The notes under the pieces are model-generated. The model was not told the origin of the DNA, did no database searches, and saw only the letters and a program-made list of their open reading frames with translations. From Octopus sinensis (lineage: Eukaryota), in NCBI RefSeq assembly GCF_006345805.1, contig NC_043001.1:45322001-45386000 (forward strand): DNA of 64,000 nt, written 5' to 3'. Below, in pieces: positions 58,735 to 64,000 of the stretch. A program made the translations under genes and the position numbers. Numbering within the stretch: the first letter of the stretch is position 1; each line of letters starts with the position of its first letter.

Positions 58735-61700
58735 CTATGGCAAAAAAGAAGTGAGGCTCCCAATGTTAGAATCACTAACCAAAACAAGAGATACTTCAGT
58801 ACACTGTTCATCAGTTGCTAGTAACAACCTTATCATACAGCAGCCAACATGATCTAAACTAGCCATTGAAAATGAGACTCACTCATCATCCAATGACAAT
58901 CAATTTTATCAAAAGACAGTGAAGAAAGCTTTGTTACTCAAAAATTATCAGAAGTGTTTTTCTCACTTCTGTAATGCTACTGCAAATCAAACTGTTAAAA
59001 CACACACTCACACACACACACTACAGTTTTTTTGTTTTGTTTTGACAATAACTTCTTTGGACAATGAAACTAATAGAGGCCCAACCAACTAAGTAATAAG
59101 CCATGGCTCATTGTAATGTATATTCTTAAAAAAAATAAAGTACTGGCATATATTTCATGACATAATATATCCTTGTGTGGTGGGTTCAAATCTAATTAGT
59201 TCATATCAATTCAAATTTTTAAACTATTTTAAACCTATAACAAATCTTTCAGTTGCTTTTAAACACTACATGTCTTTAAGCCTTTTAAAGCTGTTTTAAG
59301 GCCCAGCAGACCAAAACATATCCTGATATTGATAAAACAACAGAAAGCAAAATGCATATCATATAATTAATGATCAAATACTTTGAGATGACAAATATTT
59401 TGCTAATGACTTGATTAATTTTGTTAATGACTTGTGTTCAGTGAAATTAAAATTTTTACCTCCAAAACATGAAATTATTCTAATTGATAATGATTTTGGC
59501 TCAGGAGTGTATAATATTAATTAGTTGAACAAGTGCTCTATAAGATTTAAAAGTGAAATTAATTGTTTTAAATGAAATTCATATTATATATATTTAACAT
59601 AATAAAAATAAATTATTTAACTGAAAGCTGCGATTGAAATGAAACAGTTTAACAGAAATTATTAGAAGTTATTCTAATTCATTAAAATTAAGAAAGCAAA
59701 TATCCAATAGTATACATAAATTGACATTGTATTTCTGAAAATGTTTACAGTTTGTGTATTTCAACTCCATGTTTGTACCATTATTTCAAATGAGTACATG
59801 TATTGTGGAATTTGAATTGATTAAATATTTTTGAATATTTGAATTATAACTACTGGATATTGTCTATGAAAGAGTATTTTTGTGATGGTGGAGTTATGTA
59901 AGAAAGGCTTTTATTTTTTTATTATTTTTTAACATTAAATTTTTAAATGTTAAATAAAAGCTTTTTAATATTTTGCAATGATACATTTAAAACTCATAAT
60001 ATCTTCTTTAATGGAAAAGAACTTACATTCGGTACCAAAGAAGATATTTCTATAACATTTATGAAGATTTCAAATGAATATACATTAGACAGGAAAGATC
60101 CCATTTAACAAGAATCATTTTGTTTTAAGAATTGATTCTTTAATATTTGTCAAGTATCAGTCACAAAAAGATAAAAGGTCAGTTTCATTTTAGTGTGACT
60201 AAAATATACATTTAGTACCTAAACTCCTCTAATGAAGGGGTACCAAAAGCAACAACCATTCATATATTGAAAAGCACATTCCTAAAATAATGCTGTTGTT
60301 ACATAAAGAATTTGGATTATGAAAATACATCTTTTTATTGTTAGCTTTGATGAATTCATTAGGACACTTCCTCGATCAATGACAAATATCATACTTTTCT
60401 CTAACTATTCCCCATTTTTATATTTTTCTATGTTAATAAATCTTGTAATTATTCATTCCAAGAGGAATTAAATTAAGAAAATCTTTATGAGCAAGAAAAC
60501 TTATATGTACAACAATTCTTTAAAGACCTTGTTAGATCTTTCTTACTACTGATTACAGAATTTTGCTTTCCAAGTAAGTGAAGAAATCTTATCTCACATC
60601 ATCATACCGTTGAATTAACAACAAATTCATCAACATGAGTCAGACTAATATATGATGGAGTCAAGAAACACTATGAAGAATAAAAGACCATCTGGATAAA
60701 AACATCATCTTCCAGTAGGAATAAGAGTTAAATAGTCGATATAAATCTTTGTAAGATTTCCATTTTTTTTAATGTTTAGAAGTTAAGAATTAAAACTGAA
60801 AAGGAAAACAGGTAAACTGTTCACTAGGTAGAGAAAAGAGTCAATTATTTATACATTATTGTTGGTGCTGCACTGCACTCCTACTAGTCTACTGCATTTC
60901 ATTGTGCATATGATACCATAATGAAAAACCATAGAGGTACTCAGCAGTCATGTGTTCAAATTACACCATCTACCTAGCTTCGAGAAGCATTTTCCTAATA
61001 TCACTCGAGCTAACTGGCATCAATGAGCATTTCTACTTTCTAAGTCAAGTAGTTAGCTACATTATTGACTGCCTGAATGACCATATAAATTAATATAGTC
61101 ATATATATATATGTATATGACCCCTTGCTTTTTTAGAGGAGCTTGAATAGGTAATTTTTTAAAGACTAATCATTTTTAATATGGGAATAACGAAAGTTGA
61201 CATAACTCTTCCATCTAGAATATTATAGAGATAGGGAATATTATAAAGATTTCAGCAGAACATAAGAAGAAACAAGTGCATTTTTCTTTATTGTTTAATT
61301 ACCAAATGACAACAAATAAAATTAAGAAAAAAAAAACAATGTAACATGATTTAATCAAAGAGTCACCCACCTAAGTAAAGCTGAAATAAATAAATAAAAT
61401 TTTTAAAATAAAATCTTTAAATAACTAATTTAATGGCAGAAGAATTTATTTAAAAATTTTTTTGTTCAGCAAACAGTTAATGAATAATTAAGCACATGAC
61501 TTTAACTAAGTGTGTGTGTGTGTGTGTGTGTGTGTGTACACATGTGCTTATATTTAGTGGATCAATAATTAATTGACATAAGTGCTAGTGATGCACTACT
61601 TATGTAGATTGGATATTTTGTTTTAGTGAAATATTTTATAGCTGTGACTAAATAAACAATTACTCTGTGAAGGCAGAGAAACAATTTCTGATGAGCTGAC

Positions 61701-63860
61701 ACAAATAGCACTATATTTGATCAGATCAATCCCCCTTTTCCTGCTGGTGAAGTGATTGTATAGACATTTGTTTACATTTGTACAATATATATAATTACAC
61801 ATAAAACACTGGCTAAAGCTTGATCTACTATAGTCCATTTACCTAACATATAAATAAATTCATTTAGTTCCTCACAAATTTTTAGTGAAATGGGAGGCAT
61901 TAAATAGCTTTCTCTTTTACCTTTTACATGCCAGAGATAATTTTCTGTCATGCCACTGATAAAAAAAAATTAGGTTGATTTTCTATCTGGTTACTTCCTT
62001 TATTAGACAAAAATTTTGACATTATTTAGCTTCAATGAATTAGCATTGACCAGTGTCTTCAACATTAAACTATCATCAGTTTTCTTTCTTAGCCTTTATT
62101 TGCCCCATTATCAGAACACTGAAGCAATACACATGTTATGTAAAAAGATTTTCCCCAATTCATCTACATTTAGTCACGATTTGAACACAGAACCCTTGCC
62201 CAACTAACTGGATTCATTCTATTAAATATCCAATCCAGTTAGGGGAACTAATGTTAGTTGAACCAACCAAAAAACCTCCACATGGCTCTTTATAGCACCT
62301 AAATCTGCTGTAAATCATATCCTATTGCCTAAGTAAGGAAAGGCAAGATGGCAACAGGTAGAAAGCCTTTAGTCAATCAGGTCCACTCAGATGACCTGGG
62401 TCTAAACATAAAAAACAACTGAAGCCATTAAAGTTGAATAACTTGAAGAGCACAGTAATAATAATATATCAGTGGAAATATATAAGAAAAGTTGACCACT
62501 AAACCACGTGATTGACTTATCTCTTTAATCATTGCAACTTGTTTAGAATAACAAAAAAATAATTGTTTCAAAAGCAGTCATTACTGCAATGTTGCACATG
62601 TTACTATTTAACTGCTTTATCTATGTTATCTGTGACATCTGTTATAACTTCTTACTAGAGATCAAAAGACATTTTTGAACTCTCATCAAGATAAAATGTC
62701 AGACGTCTATTACAATTCTGCATATGAAAAATTAGAATATCTTATAAAAACTGTGGGTTAGTTTTTAGGGCAATAGATAGCAGAAATGTTATAGCACAAG
62801 ACAGAATGCTTTGAGTTATTGAGTTCTGGCTCTTTATGTTCTGAGTTCAAATCCCAACAAGGGTAATTTCACCTTTCATCCTTTGGGAGTCAAGAAAATA
62901 AAGTACCAGTACTGGAGTCAGTTTAATCTACTGATATTGGTGTGTCCCAGGCTTTTTCATGCAAGAGATAATGGCTGAGAAACTCAGATGGACTTTCTTA
63001 AAGCTGCTTGCATTTTAAAGGTGAATAGGGAATAAACCTAAGGTGGGCAAATTATTCCTATGGGGAGCAATGAATCCAGGTACTCTTGTCTTTGTAGGGC
63101 ATAATGCTAGAACAATGCTACACAAATCCTATAATTATCAGGATATAGGGTATATACGGCATCATGCCCAATGCAAATTCACAGAAAAATAGTTGTTAAA
63201 GCACCACTGGAAGCTGTCTTCATATAACATGTAACCTGTTAAGTCCATAAGACATGATGACTAAAATTTCAAAATGAGTTTTAGGCTCTAAAGTGTGTTA
63301 TGTATGAGGTTTGACTATGGTTGAACTTATAACCATGATAGATAGAGTGAAATTGTTCAATCCAGTACCAAAATTATTTTGTAGACTTGCTTTTGCTAGT
63401 CACTATACTGTAGAGCTTGCACATATACAATATTCAAGATACAATATTTTCATATTCATCAGAATGTCAAATTATGATAGTTGCATGCTTTTTTCCATGG
63501 TATGACTGTCATACCAAATCTTTTTAACAGTTCATTTAAAATTTACCTCTGCACTATGTTGAGCCACACAAAGCAAAGGCCATAGCAATATGAGCAAGGA
63601 ATTCAAACACAAAGAATCACAGCAGATAAGGCTAACTTCTTTTAAATTCATATCCATTTACAAGTGTCATGCTATATGTGAACTACTATCCTCTAATAAA
63701 AGGCACTACACTAATTTTACTTGTCAGCAGAAAAGGAGTTACTGATTCAATAATTAAGCTCTAAACTAACTTGAAATTTCAAAGGTGTTCGATAATTTAT
63801 AGTGCTAATATCTAATTTCTTCAGACAAAAATAAAACAATACAAGACAAACTTTTGTTAC

Positions 63861-64000
63861 CTTTTCTTGAGTCCACGGTGATTTTCATATCTGGATTTGG
63901 AGTGGATGTCTCTGGTTCTGAAGAGAATGTGTGTAGATTGGCACCGGAAGTTAGAGAAGTACCATTCTCATTGGTGAACGATACCGTTCTGAAAGTATTC
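63861..64000 (-). CDS. SORBS: SORBS/CAP-like gene, most upstream visible coding exon (5' part outside window): NTFRTVSFTNENGTSLTSGANLHTFSSEPETSTPNPDMKITVDSRK
   Basis: Open frame for all 140 nt; donor AAAG|gtaaca at 63860, phase 1, joining in frame to exon 53865-54014. Not in ORF track. Confidence 0.8.

Noticed and set aside
60000-60760. Complex, possibly coding-derived tract
   Set aside because: No frame gave a motif I could support; may be a very old transposon relic.

Overview
AT-rich, repeat-dense eukaryotic genomic DNA. The SINE/RTE/MITE repertoire looks like an octopus (coleoid cephalopod) genome; this is an inference from recalled repeat families, not a database search. The window lies entirely inside one minus-strand gene of the sorbin-homology (SoHo) adaptor family (CAP/ponsin/ArgBP2/vinexin, SORBS). 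I reconstructed ten coding exons by hand: 63861->64000 (partial), 53865-54014, 40332-40916, 32816-32884, 28667-28741, 27868-28061, 26118-26409, 21727-21792, 9168-9361 and 3346-3421. All have canonical AG/GT ends and join in one open frame of about 613 codons. About 520 codons of Ser/Pro/Thr-rich sequence precede the SoHo motif YEGIGPLDNQGIPLAFRM|NIDEENQHDWYKQMYKTLH. The start codon and the SH3 exons lie outside the window. Most N-terminal exons are phase-1 symmetric, so they can be skipped in frame, and there are candidate internal first exons. The introns hold tRNA-derived SINEs (including head-to-tail arrays and a strong orientation bias), RTE LINE fragments, a Hero-type RLE LINE end, two Tx1/L1-like relics, TTAA (piggyBac-type) MITEs, a deleted Chapaev3-like DNA transposon, a probable mitochondrial rrnL insertion, and many micro/minisatellites. 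Almost all ORFs in the supplied track are microsatellite or transposon artefacts. I found no CRISPR array, rRNA operon or prokaryote-style system. The best candidate for something undescribed is the modular, multi-promoter N-terminal cassette system of this SORBS gene.
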